Shown here in pieces: positions 55,766 to 64,000 of a stretch of 64,000 nucleotides of DNA. Below the pieces are notes generated by a model. It was given only the letters and a program-made list of their open reading frames with translations, was not told the origin of the DNA and searched no databases. The DNA lies in NCBI GenBank assembly GCA_964407105.1, contig CAYOUG010000003.1, forward strand, positions 8,393 to 72,392, read 5' to 3'. The DNA is from an uncultured Candidatus Saccharibacteria bacterium (GTDB lineage: Bacteria; Patescibacteriota; Minisyncoccia; Phycocordibacterales; CALRHW01). The translations under genes were made by a program, and so were the position numbers. The first letter of the stretch is position 1. Each line of letters starts with the position of its first letter.

Positions 55766-56662
55766 TTAATCAAAAATACTTACAAGATATTTGTCGATAT
55801 CTCGCTGATCCATATCATAGAAAAACATATCTTTTTTATGCAAATAACGTGCTAAATCTTCGCCAACAAAACGCCAATGCCAAGGTTCAAATTGATAATA
55901 TGCATTATTTTTTGGATATGAAAGTACAAAACCATATTTATAAGCATTTTTAGTCAGCCACTTATACTCAGCCGTGACATCAAAACCAACAAAGGGCGTA
56001 CCTGTGGCAGAAACAAAATCAACGGTTGTACCGAGCTGATGTTCAGAATATCCCTGATCTGCTGAAAATTGATTTGCTGTACCAACACCATAAATAACTT
56101 TGTAATTTGTTTTCAAATTCACCTGATCACCAAAAGAACGATACGCCGAAGCAATTTTAAGATTAACATTGTCTTCGATTGAAGTTTCCAACAAATCTTC
56201 TAGATGTGGCAATACTTCTGTGTGAATTTGTTCTGGCTTTTTTTTATCATACAAATATTTCTCATCTATATCTTCTGGATTTTTAGGAGCGTAATGTTCA
56301 TTTAGAAAAAAGACTTTAGAATATTTCTTCAAAAGTTCTGGATCTAATTTACTTAGTTTTTCAAGTGTACCAACAGTTTTTGAGATGTCTTCAATTTCTT
56401 GACCAAAATCGCCGATTTTTGCTTTTTCGGCTGCAAGCGCATCAGAAAGTTCTGAATTGTCATGTTGTGCTTGAGAAAGTAAACCTTCAAGTTCTATGGT
56501 TTTTATTTGAGCCATTTCGGTTGTGCTTGCAAGTTTTGTTTGTGTTTCTTTCAAAAGAGACACATTTTCTATAAATTTCCAACCACCAAAAGCACCCAGA
56601 ACAACAAACAAAATAATAACAATGTATGGTATATAGTTTTTTGTATTATTTATATTTTGCAT
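55766..56662 (-). CDS. D-alanyl-D-alanine carboxypeptidase of the VanY/M15B family, membrane-anchored.
   Basis: An N-terminal transmembrane segment and coiled coil are followed by the M15 zinc motifs SEHQLGTTVD and EPWHW. Confidence 0.75.
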   Translation of the reverse strand: MQNINNTKNYIPYIVIILFVVLGAFGGWKFIENVSLLKETQTKLASTTEMAQIKTIELEGLLSQAQHDNSELSDALAAEKAKIGDFGQEIEDISKTVGTLEKLSKLDPELLKKYSKVFFLNEHYAPKNPEDIDEKYLYDKKKPEQIHTEVLPHLEDLLETSIEDNVNLKIASAYRSFGDQVNLKTNYKVIYGVGTANQFSADQGYSEHQLGTTVDFVSATGTPFVGFDVTAEYKWLTKNAYKYGFVLSYPKNNAYYQFEPWHWRFVGEDLARYLHKKDMFFYDMDQRDIDKYLVSIFD

Positions 56663-56671
56663 TTTTATATA

Positions 56672-57262
56672 TTATAGTTCTTCACCCACATCAACCGCAT
56701 TTGTCAAAACTCTTTTTATAAATCTAGAAATAACATTTATCAGTATAATAACAGCAACTATACACACTGCCAAAAGAAGTTCATAACGCCTAAAACGACC
56801 GAGCATTGATTCTAATACACCACCAACAAAATAACCAGCAGTACCAAAAATACTTACCCACACAAGGGCGCCCAAAGAATTCCAAAAAAAGAATATTTTT
56901 GCGGAAGTTTTAGACATTCCAAGACTAAAAGGAATAATATGCCTAAAACCATACATAAATCTCATCAAAAAAGAGAGGGTGGCTGGTTTTTTGGCCACAA
57001 TGGCTATAGGTTTACCAAGAAATTTTTTCAACCACCCAACGTGTCCAAAAATAAATTCCCCCCGATATCGCCCAATCAAAAACCATCCCCAATCATTACA
57101 AAGAGTGGCAAGCAGTGCATAAAAAATAATCCATGGAAAAGATAAGTAATCTTGATTAGACAAAAAACCAGAAAGCAAAACCACCGTCTCACCCTCAACA
57201 ATAGAGCCCAAGAAAATAGCTAAATACCCATAAGTATCAACAAATACAGAAAGACTGTGCAT
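56672..57262 (-). CDS. DedA/SNARE-associated family membrane protein.
   Basis: GYLAIFLGSIVEGETVVLLSGFL is the DedA signature. The protein is polytopic. Confidence 0.8.
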   Translation of the reverse strand: MHSLSVFVDTYGYLAIFLGSIVEGETVVLLSGFLSNQDYLSFPWIIFYALLATLCNDWGWFLIGRYRGEFIFGHVGWLKKFLGKPIAIVAKKPATLSFLMRFMYGFRHIIPFSLGMSKTSAKIFFFWNSLGALVWVSIFGTAGYFVGGVLESMLGRFRRYELLLAVCIVAVIILINVISRFIKRVLTNAVDVGEEL

Positions 57263-57290
57263 TGCGATATTGTATCAAATAAAACCATTC

Positions 57291-57321
57291 TAAACAAAAA
57301 CAGCCCCATGGGCTGTTTTTT
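57291..57321. terminator. Bidirectional intrinsic terminator (ACAGCCC-CAT-GGGCTGT flanked by T runs).
   Basis: A 7-bp stem. On the minus strand it is followed by TTTTTGTTT, downstream of 57343..58281. Confidence 0.55.
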
Positions 57322-57342
57322 AGCTAAACACTTAAGATTTTA

Positions 57343-58281
57343 TTAGTTTCCACCACCATTATCATCTTCACCATCATCATTGTCATCTTCATTATCACCC
57401 TGAGAATCGTCAGAGCTATTGTCTGTACTTAAATTTTCATCAGATTCAAATTTTGTCACAGCTCTTATCGCATCCTTAGAAAGACCTAGTTTTTCACTAA
57501 GTTTTGCAATAATCATTTCTTTACTCGTAACACTAAATAAGAATTTTTGTGATTTTCCAGCATTTTCCACCTCAACCTTTGAAATGCTTGATTTTATTTC
57601 AACTTTAATTTTAAGGCCATCTTTTGAGTCATCATTTTTACACATATTTCCGGTGCCACTCTTATCACATTCAACACGAATCATTCGTTCAAGTTTTCCG
57701 TTATTATTTTTCCACTCAATTTTTATGCGATCTCGCAGACCCGGTTTCATTAAAAACATTGACGGCACATCACCTGTCGCATTTTCTGATTCAAGAATTT
57801 TATTTATAAGATCACGAGTTTCCTCATTCATTGTGCCGGTTACCTCAAGACCAAATTTTGTCTGAAAACGAGAAAGTGCTTTGCTTGTAAGATCACCGAA
57901 AAAGCCGGTTGCTTTACCTTCTGGATATATGGTTTTATCAGAAGCAAGAATGCGTTGAAGTATTTTTATTTCTTCGCCCTCACCGCCCTTTTTTAATTCC
58001 CCTTTTATTTCAATTCTTCTCGCTACAGTTGGAGCAAATGAAGATGTACCCAACATAGTATTTTTTCCATCACTTGTCTTTTTCTCTGCAAGCATCGCTT
58101 GAAGCTTTGCCACCAGCTCTTGAAGCTGTGTGATTGTCATATTACTTGTGTTAGAGACACTACTAGATGTCTGCGCAGAAGTCATTTCTGTTTCCGATAC
58201 TTCAGTAGCAGAAACAAAAAAGGTTGTTCCAAAAAACATAGCAAACGCCACAAAACCCGCAATTATTATTTTTGTTTTCAT
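57343..58281 (-). CDS. Secreted protein with a peptidoglycan-binding domain and an acidic C-terminal tail.
   Basis: There is a signal peptide, a PG_binding_1-like segment (ILQRILASDKTIYPEGKATGFFGDLTSKALSRFQTKFGL) and a tail of DDSQGDNEDDNDDGEDDNGGGN. Confidence 0.6.
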   Translation of the reverse strand: MKTKIIIAGFVAFAMFFGTTFFVSATEVSETEMTSAQTSSSVSNTSNMTITQLQELVAKLQAMLAEKKTSDGKNTMLGTSSFAPTVARRIEIKGELKKGGEGEEIKILQRILASDKTIYPEGKATGFFGDLTSKALSRFQTKFGLEVTGTMNEETRDLINKILESENATGDVPSMFLMKPGLRDRIKIEWKNNNGKLERMIRVECDKSGTGNMCKNDDSKDGLKIKVEIKSSISKVEVENAGKSQKFLFSVTSKEMIIAKLSEKLGLSKDAIRAVTKFESDENLSTDNSSDDSQGDNEDDNDDGEDDNGGGN

Positions 58282-58425
58282 TTATTTAATTAATACTTTC
58301 AATATGATGTAGTTTCGACCTACACCAAATATTGTACACTAAAAAAATTCTACTAGCTATAATAATCTTGCACAATACTTCGTCCAAAACATTTGCCAAA
58401 ATAAAATTGCAAATATTTTAAAAAA

Positions 58426-58848
58426 CTATTGGTTTTCTGCTTTTGAAGCAACAAGAGCTAACACTAAAATATAAACAAGATGATCATCAATAATCGGATT
58501 ATTTTCTGGTAAAAGTACTGCCAAATACATGAGTAAAAGCATTACGCTTCCAGCTAAACATCCCCACCTTACAAATCTATTAAACAAGAGTGTGGCACCA
58601 ACAAAAAGAAGACCTAGCATAAAAAGCCAATCAACTAAAGCAACACCAGCCATACTGTGAAAAATATCTACAAAAGGACCCTTTGTAGCAAAACTCAAAA
58701 AACCAAGAGTTGGTGATCCCCCATTAATCCACGCCTTTTCCGCTGTTGTAGCAAAACCAAAACCAAAAAGTTTATCAAAAAACGCCCAAATAAAAATAAA
58801 ACCCAAAAACAAACGAAGCCAAGTAACAATAATTTTTTCTTTTATCAT
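58426..58848 (-). CDS. DoxX-family membrane protein.
   Basis: A 140-aa ORF with four transmembrane segments and a DoxX-like N-terminus (VTWLRLFLGFIFIWAFFDKLFGFGFATT). Confidence 0.65.
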   Translation of the reverse strand: MIKEKIIVTWLRLFLGFIFIWAFFDKLFGFGFATTAEKAWINGGSPTLGFLSFATKGPFVDIFHSMAGVALVDWLFMLGLLFVGATLLFNRFVRWGCLAGSVMLLLMYLAVLLPENNPIIDDHLVYILVLALVASKAENQ

Positions 58849-59034
58849 TTTTATTTTCTACTAAATTTATTTAGTTCCTAATGTTTAAATTATACAACAA
58901 AAAATATAATGAGTAATACACACATGCGACAAATTTTAAAAATATCTCGTGTGCATTATTAATACATTGGTGCTATTGTAAAAAAAGAATTCGTCTTGAA
59001 TCGAATCAAAAATCTTCAGCACAAGGAGCTCTCC

Positions 59035-60432
59035 ATGGAAACTAAATGGTCACCCGAAATTATTCAGGGTGGTATGGGAATGTTTGTCTCTGGCCCACGT
59101 TTGGCCAGAGCCGTATCGATGTGTGGTCAACAAGGCACGTTGTCTGGTGTTTGTTTAGAAAGGGCGATGACTCACATTCTTCAGTTGGGAGATCAGGGTG
59201 GACACTTAAGGCGTGCTCTTTCACATTTTCCATTCCCCGATGATGCACAGAAGGTCTTAAAACTTTTCTTTGTGCAGGGTGGAATTCCAAAAGGCAAGGC
59301 GTTTAGAGATGCGCCGATTTTCAATGTAAATCCATCCAAACTTCTAATCACCCTCACGGTTTGTGCCAATTTTGCGTTTGTTTGGCTTGCAAAAGAAGGT
59401 CATAGTGGTCGCATAAGCATCAATTATCTGGAAAAGATAGCGATGCCACATGTGTACAGTATCACGGGCGCAATCCTTGCCGGCGTAGACTTCATCACAA
59501 TGGGAGCGGGAATCCCCCTTCAAATTCCATCAGTAATTGATGCAATCGTAGAAGGAAAAACAGCAACTTATCGCATACCCGTTGAGGGCACCGATCTCAC
59601 GAGTCATACGATGAGTTTCAATCCGGAGCAATTTTTTGGGGGCAAATTACCCTCAATGAAAAAACCCGGATTCATTCCCATAATTGCGTCAAACCTTCTG
59701 GCTCGTGTTTTTGTAGACAAACTGCCTGCAAACCAACAGGTTTCTGGGTTCGTGGTGGAAGAGCCAACCGCAGGCGGACACAATGCTCCACCCAGAAGAC
59801 CACCGGATTATGGACCAAAAGACATGGTGGATTATTCCAAACTCGTTGAGCTTGGAATACCGTTTTGGATAGGTGGTTCTTACGCTTCTCCAGAAAAACT
59901 TGCCTTCGCAAAATCTGTGGGCGCACAAGGTGTGCAGGTTGGTTCTATTTTTGCACTCTGCGAAGAGTCAGAACTAGATCCAAACATCAAAACAGAAATT
60001 AGAAGACAGGGGTTTTTGGGTGAGTTGCAAATCAAAACCGACACGAGAATATCCCCAACAGGATTTCCGTTTAAGGTGGTGGTGTTGCCTGGAACAATTT
60101 CTGAAAGAAGTGTTCTAGACGCCAGACCACGTGTCTGTGACAAGGGCGCGCTCGTTGTTCTCTATGAAAGGCCAGACGGATCGGTGGGATATAAATGTCC
60201 TAGTGAGCCGACAGAAAAATATCTGGCTAAGGGTGGAAAGGTTGAGGACACAGAACACAGGGGGTGCATTTGCAACGGACTGCTTTGCGCTGTTGGATTA
60301 AACTACAGTCGCGAACCAGCCGTTGTTACACTTGGAGATGATGTGGGTTTTCTTCATCACTTGATGCGAAACGAGGGTGACTCATACACCGCAGCCAAGG
60401 CGGTAGCCTACATGTTGGGTCCTCAAAAATAG
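59035..60432 (+). CDS. Nitronate monooxygenase / 2-nitropropane dioxygenase (NMO) family flavoenzyme on a G+C-rich islet. The start was chosen at METKW with an SD; the six-frame ORF begins at 58996.
   Basis: The NMO N-terminal motif IIQGGMGMFVSGPRLARAVSMCGQQGTLSG is present, along with ...VVEEPTAGGHN. An SD, AAGGAG, lies 6 nt upstream. G+C content is visibly elevated, and a perfect 10-bp terminator follows. Confidence 0.75.
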   Translation: METKWSPEIIQGGMGMFVSGPRLARAVSMCGQQGTLSGVCLERAMTHILQLGDQGGHLRRALSHFPFPDDAQKVLKLFFVQGGIPKGKAFRDAPIFNVNPSKLLITLTVCANFAFVWLAKEGHSGRISINYLEKIAMPHVYSITGAILAGVDFITMGAGIPLQIPSVIDAIVEGKTATYRIPVEGTDLTSHTMSFNPEQFFGGKLPSMKKPGFIPIIASNLLARVFVDKLPANQQVSGFVVEEPTAGGHNAPPRRPPDYGPKDMVDYSKLVELGIPFWIGGSYASPEKLAFAKSVGAQGVQVGSIFALCEESELDPNIKTEIRRQGFLGELQIKTDTRISPTGFPFKVVVLPGTISERSVLDARPRVCDKGALVVLYERPDGSVGYKCPSEPTEKYLAKGGKVEDTEHRGCICNGLLCAVGLNYSREPAVVTLGDDVGFLHHLMRNEGDSYTAAKAVAYMLGPQK

Positions 60433-60452
60433 GAGAAAAAACTTTGGTCTAT

Positions 60453-60484
60453 CCCCGCGACATGCTGTCGCGGGGATTTTTTTC
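60453..60484 (+). terminator. Intrinsic terminator with a perfect 10-bp stem (CCCCGCGACA-TGC-TGTCGCGGGG followed by ATTTTTTT).
   Basis: Seen directly, 20 nt after the NMO stop. Confidence 0.7.
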
Positions 60485-60539
60485 TACCCCGTTTTCTTGT
60501 CTGAACAAATTTAGAACTCTTAATTTTAATAAAATAAGG

Positions 60540-60917
60540 TTAAGATTTTTTTGTAGCGGCTTTCTTTTTAAGAGAAGTTTTTGATTTTACTGCTTTATTA
60601 AGATTTTTCCATTGCTTTTTTAAGTCATCTACAATTTCGGCCATATCTCCTTGGCTATTTTTTATTTTTTTCTTGTAGTCTGCGGCAACTGTGTCTATGA
60701 TGGCATGATAAATTGGTTCTGTAACTTCCTTTGCTGATTCTAATTTTTCGACAATATCACCCTTCATTTTAATTACCCAAGCTTTGGCGTGCTTTTGGTG
60801 TTTTTTACCTTTTGGTCCAAAGAAAAAATAAGCTCCAGCAGCAAGACTAGCCAAACTTACTCCAATTGTCGTATATTTTAATATATTTGATGTTTCTTTT
60901 GTTTTTTGATTTACCAT
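60540..60917 (-). CDS. Small protein with one N-terminal transmembrane segment and a Lys-rich tail, function unknown.
   Basis: A 125-aa ORF with a hydrophobic segment TIGVSLASLAAGAYFFF. Confidence 0.45.
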   Translation of the reverse strand: MVNQKTKETSNILKYTTIGVSLASLAAGAYFFFGPKGKKHQKHAKAWVIKMKGDIVEKLESAKEVTEPIYHAIIDTVAADYKKKIKNSQGDMAEIVDDLKKQWKNLNKAVKSKTSLKKKAATKKS

Positions 60918-60957
60918 ATTGTTTTATTTTAATTTAGTATAAATTAGTAAATATTTT

Positions 60958-61239
60958 TTAATCTATATCTTTTACAGAACCCTTTTTCATTAACTTTTTC
61001 TTTTTACGTATTGGAGGAAAAAAGAATCGAAAGACAAAATTATTTTCGAGTCGTTCTTTTAAATCCTCAATAAATTCTTCTGATTCCTTAAACTCACTTT
61101 TCAAAGCTTCGGATAATTTATATAAATTTTTTCCAGCTTTTATTAAATAAAACAAAAGAAAAGAAATTAGTGTTGTTAACACTACGGTTGCAATACAAGC
61201 AATAAAGAAAAAAATGTCTGCTTTTACTAGTGTTTCCAC
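60958..61239 (-). CDS. Small membrane protein, function unknown.
   Basis: A 93-aa ORF with one or two transmembrane segments. Confidence 0.4.
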   Translation of the reverse strand: METLVKADIFFFIACIATVVLTTLISFLLFYLIKAGKNLYKLSEALKSEFKESEEFIEDLKERLENNFVFRFFFPPIRKKKKLMKKGSVKDID

Positions 61240-61414
61240 ATTCAGATTATAACACTTTCATAGAAAAAATTCAAACTAAAAATCACCTCGTATAATTCTT
61301 GAGATTGATTGATTTTACGCACTTTTTCAGTTAAGGTTTTATCGGAATCAGCTCATCGAACAAAATAGTACCGTCCTTAATCACAGCTCAAATTTAGAAA
61401 GGATATCAATGCAA

Positions 61415-61455
61415 GAAAAAACAGCCCCGTATTTCATCAATACGCGGGTTGTTTT
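61415..61455 (-). terminator. Intrinsic terminator downstream of 61467..61871 (CCCGCGTATT-GATGA-AATACGGGG followed by CTGTTTTTTCTT on the minus strand).
   Basis: An imperfect stem of about 9 bp with a T tract on the minus strand. Confidence 0.45.
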
Positions 61456-61466
61456 TTTAGATTAAT

Positions 61467-61871
61467 TTACACGGTACTTTTCTGCACAAGCTCTCGATAC
61501 TGTGCACGATTTCGCCACAAGAAATATATATTGAGTAGGAAAAGAATGTTTGCCATAATCGCGCCGGTTGTAAATATTCCCCCATCTAAAAACATATGGA
61601 ATGAAAAGATATTGATAGTAATCGGAGCAAGAAGCACTGCCGCAAATGCCATGCGGTTTGTAATAATAAGAAAAAGGCACACCACAAATACAATCGTCAT
61701 GATGTAAGTGATGTATCCTGCCGCCGTCATGAGTACTGTAATAAATGCAAACGCTTCCAAAGTATTGTACATATCTGCAGTGGGTGCTGGGAAAATTCCA
61801 AATGATCCTAAAATAGGAGCGACTAAAAGCAAACCCAGAACGACGCGAAAAATAATATTAAGTACTTTCAT
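61467..61871 (-). CDS. Polytopic membrane protein, function unknown.
   Basis: A 134-aa ORF with four hydrophobic segments. Confidence 0.5.
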   Translation of the reverse strand: MKVLNIIFRVVLGLLLVAPILGSFGIFPAPTADMYNTLEAFAFITVLMTAAGYITYIMTIVFVVCLFLIITNRMAFAAVLLAPITINIFSFHMFLDGGIFTTGAIMANILFLLNIYFLWRNRAQYRELVQKSTV

Positions 61872-61957
61872 GAGATTAAAATATTACGAACAAATTAATA
61901 AACGACATATTTAGTGTATCACAGCAAAAAATGTATATAAAAGAAATTTACATCTAT

Positions 61958-62467
61958 TTATTTTAAATAACTATCAAAATAAATAGCGTGGCAAGTATAT
62001 CCGCCAGGATTCTTTTGCAAATAATCCTGATGATAATCTTCAGCTAAATAAAATTTTTCCAAAGGTTCAAGCGTTGTGACCACTGGATCTTTCCAGCGTC
62101 CCGATTCATTGACGATTTTTATAAAATTTTCAGCTTCTTTTTTCTCTTCCTCATTTCCATAAAAAATTGCCGAGCGATACGAAGTACCACGGTCATTGCC
62201 CTGTTGATTTAGAGTAGTTGGATTATGGATTTGAAAGAAAAAATCTAATAGTTTTTTATAAGAAGTTTTATTTTCATCATATTCAATTTCTACCGCTTCG
62301 GCATGACCTTCGTGATTTTCATAAGTTGGATTTGTAACCTTACCCCCAGTATATCCAACCTCCGTATTTATCACGCCGGGCTGTTGTCTAATCAAATCTT
62401 CAAGCCCCCAAAAACAACCCCCCGCTAATATTATTTTTTTAATCATAAAATTATTTTTCCGAAACAC
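61958..62467 (-). CDS. msrA: Peptide methionine sulfoxide reductase A.
   Basis: The GCFWG active-site motif is present ([20 protein letters not shown]). Confidence 0.9.
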   Translation of the reverse strand: MFRKNNFMIKKIILAGGCFWGLEDLIRQQPGVINTEVGYTGGKVTNPTYENHEGHAEAVEIEYDENKTSYKKLLDFFFQIHNPTTLNQQGNDRGTSYRSAIFYGNEEEKKEAENFIKIVNESGRWKDPVVTTLEPLEKFYLAEDYHQDYLQKNPGGYTCHAIYFDSYLK

Positions 62468-62485
62468 CAGTCGGTAAAGCTAAGC

Positions 62486-62848
62486 TCACTTGCCCGGCAG
62501 GAATTTCATTGAAATTGAATTGACGCAATAGCGTTGATTCTTCTCAGTTAATTTTTCACCAGTAAATAGATGCCCTAAATGCCCGCCACATTTCGCGCAA
62601 GTTATTTCGGTACGCCGACCGTCTTTATCCAGACTTTTATAAATCGCCCCCGATATTTCATCATCAAAACTCGGCCAACCACAATCAGACTCAAATTTAT
62701 CTTTTGAATTATAAAGAGGTGCTTCGCATTGTCGGCAGACATAAACACCTGTTTCTTTATTGTTCACATATTCCCCAGTAAACGGCGCTTCCGTGCCCTT
62801 ATCAATTATCACTCGCCCCTCTTCTTCTGTTAGTTTATTTAAATTCAT
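62486..62848 (-). CDS. msrB: Peptide methionine sulfoxide reductase B.
   Basis: Zinc-binding CxxC pairs (CRQCEAPL...[12 protein letters not shown]) and RYCVNS are present. Confidence 0.9.
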   Translation of the reverse strand: MNLNKLTEEEGRVIIDKGTEAPFTGEYVNNKETGVYVCRQCEAPLYNSKDKFESDCGWPSFDDEISGAIYKSLDKDGRRTEITCAKCGGHLGHLFTGEKLTEKNQRYCVNSISMKFLPGK

Positions 62849-62906
62849 AATTCCATTTTATCATTTTTTCTAAAAATTTCCTTTTGGTTTTTTCATAAAG
62901 TTCATT

Positions 62907-62933
62907 TTAATTTTTACGCATCATTTTTACGCA
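62907..62933. repeat. Tandem direct repeat of 12 bp (ATTTTTACGCAT, two copies) in the msrB upstream region.
   Basis: The sequence reads aATTTTTACGCATcATTTTTACGCATgg. It could be a regulator-binding site. Confidence 0.3.
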
Positions 62934-63123
62934 TGGAAATAAAATGCCAGACATAAATATATACTTGCTTTTCGTGTTTACGTATTCAAACAAAAATCTA
63001 TTTTTTGCTTTTGATTGGGTGGCGAGGGTGGTTTAGTTTTTTGAAAAAAGAAAGAGCCCTGAGCGAAATAAGTTTCGCAAAGGGCCCTGATGCTGGACTT
63101 TCCAGTCTCGCTTAGGTCTCGCT

Positions 63124-63738
63124 TTAGGCGGCGACCAGTGCACAGCCGAACTTCGGCGCGCTCAGCATCTCGCAGAGCTCCGGCGGAAATTCATACGACC
63201 CGCTGCTCGTCATGCCGATCGAGGTCGAAACACCATCAATGGCCATCGGACCTCTGCCACGAAGCATCTCGCCCCGCATACCATTGTTGCTGTCGCGAGT
63301 CTGCGGATTGTCGTAGAAGCTGAGCACGAACTCCACAATAACCGAGAAGAAGAACTTGTACTCCTCATTCGTGAGCTCGACAATCGTGTTGCCACGCTTC
63401 ACCGTGATCTGAAAGAGGCGCTGGACCTCGCTATCGTCCTTGGTCAGCGGTAAGCTGTCAAGTTGGTTGATCGGAAATCCAAACACCAACTCATAGTCGA
63501 AACTGGTGCCGGCGACCTTGACATGGCCCTTGTAGCGGACACCGTCTTGAACCTGCTCGACGTACTGTTCAATCGAGATTTTTCTCGTTTTGATCTTGGG
63601 CTTCTTCTTGGTCTTCTTCTTGGGCTTCTCGACGGTCTCCATGTCACGGTTGTAATTCGCCAACATGTCATCCGTCGACTGCCCCCGATCATCGGGGGTA
63701 CAATCGCACATCACTCGACCACAGATTGGGCAAGGCAT
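63124..63738 (-). CDS. Orphan hypothetical protein with an N-terminal zinc-ribbon-like CxxC...CxC motif, on a G+C-rich islet next to tRNA-Asn. The start was chosen at MPCPICG; the six-frame ORF extends to a GTG at 63792.
   Basis: An SD, AAGGAGA, lies 6 nt upstream of the ATG at 63738. The product is MPCPICGRVMCDC followed by a Lys-rich linker (KKKTKKKPKIKTRK) and a roughly 150-aa domain I do not recognise. A sampled 60 nt is about 68% G+C. Confidence 0.55.
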   Translation of the reverse strand: MPCPICGRVMCDCTPDDRGQSTDDMLANYNRDMETVEKPKKKTKKKPKIKTRKISIEQYVEQVQDGVRYKGHVKVAGTSFDYELVFGFPINQLDSLPLTKDDSEVQRLFQITVKRGNTIVELTNEEYKFFFSVIVEFVLSFYDNPQTRDSNNGMRGEMLRGRGPMAIDGVSTSIGMTSSGSYEFPPELCEMLSAPKFGCALVAA

Positions 63739-63811
63739 TTTCGTCTCCTTCTGAAAGCCGTTTATTCGTCTTTGAGGGCAGTAACACACCACCCTTAACG
63801 ATCCACTTTAA

Positions 63812-63840
63812 ATTATACACCTAAATGATATAATTGTCAA
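63812..63840 (-). promoter_or_regulatory. Perfect-consensus sigma-70 promoter TTGACA-N17-TATAAT on the minus strand.
   Basis: The minus strand reads TTGACAattatatcatttaggtgTATAAT. It sits about 65 nt upstream of the islet ORF start. Confidence 0.6.
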
Positions 63841-63869
63841 GTATTACCTCGAACCTCAAAAACATCAAG

Positions 63870-63903
63870 CAATAAAAGACAAAACCCCACAAATTGTGAG
63901 GTT
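63870..63903 (-). terminator. Intrinsic terminator just downstream of tRNA-Asn (AAACCUCACA-AUU-UGUGGGGUUU followed by UGUCUUUUAUU).
   Basis: A 10-bp stem with one G:U pair and a T-rich tail on the minus strand. Confidence 0.45.
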
Positions 63904-63915
63904 TCGTCACTAGGG

Positions 63916-63988
63916 CTCCGCGGCTAGGGATCGAACCTAGGACCTAGCGATTAACAGTCGCTTGCTCTACCAGCTGAGCTACCGCGGA
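63916..63988 (-). tRNA. tRNA-Asn (anticodon GUU). Only CC of the CCA end is encoded.
   Basis: The reverse-complement folds as TCCGCGG-TA-GCTC-AGCTGGTAGA-GC-A-AGCGA-CTGTTAA-TCGCT-AGGTC-CTAGG-TTCGATC-CCTAG-CCGCGGA-G. U1:A72 is present, as in E. coli tRNA-Asn. Confidence 0.85.
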
Positions 63989-64000
63989 ATGAATTTCTTT

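Noticed and set aside
63090-63798. Plus-strand ORFs 63090..63323 and 63463..63798, and minus-strand ORFs 63210..63395 and 63444..63692, on the tRNA-Asn islet
   Set aside because: All are antisense to, or out of frame within, the 205-aa islet gene. They are Arg/Ser/Pro-rich, as expected from high-G+C non-coding frames.
1-64000. Possible CRISPR array, transposase, integrase or prophage genes
   Set aside because: I found no regularly spaced direct repeats and no ORF with recognisable transposase, integrase or phage structural motifs. The only repeats are isolated inverted repeats and one 12-bp tandem duplication.

Overview
This 64-kb window is an AT-rich, gene-dense bacterial chromosome segment of about one-third G+C, with genes on both strands. 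Its gene content points to a streamlined Patescibacteria/CPR-like organism. That inference rests on a short UvrC without the C-terminal HhH domain, a PriA with degenerate ATPase motifs, tRNA genes that do not encode CCA, and many genes with no Shine-Dalgarno sequence that look leaderless.

Recognisable housekeeping content:
- Amino-acid metabolism: gdhA.
- Regulation: an ECF sigma factor with a DUF5667-like anti-sigma factor and a nearby orphan histidine kinase, plus a kinase and three receiver domains in one cluster.
- Nucleotide-excision repair: uvrC, uvrA, uvrB.
- Translation and RNA: tgt, lysS, proS, frr, def, fmt, rplU, hpf, and tRNA-Ala(UGC), tRNA-Glu(CUC), tRNA-Asn(GUU).
- Cell wall and shape: ddl, a dcw cluster mraZ-rsmH-ftsL-ftsI-murF, an mreB-mreC-mreD-PBP2 operon with a second stand-alone mreB paralogue, and an unusual XRE-HTH::MurA fusion.
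- Storage glucan: a four-gene cluster glgA / GH57 / GT4 / GH13.
- Others: FKBP isomerase, a LOG-family protein, pterin dehydratase, msrA, msrB, rseP, greA, rmuC, pyrD.

The most unusual signal is at least seven short, strongly G+C-rich islets of roughly 0.3-1.5 kb sitting in intergenic gaps of the AT-rich backbone. Most carry a single orphan gene with E. coli-like expression signals: a near-consensus TTGACA-N17-TATAAT promoter, a strong AAGGAG(G) ribosome-binding site and a G+C-rich intrinsic terminator. This contrasts with the backbone genes, which lack a Shine-Dalgarno sequence. One islet encodes a nitronate-monooxygenase-family protein and one abuts tRNA-Asn. Two further islets have no convincing ORF and look like structured ncRNA genes ending in terminators.

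I found no CRISPR array, transposase or integrase.
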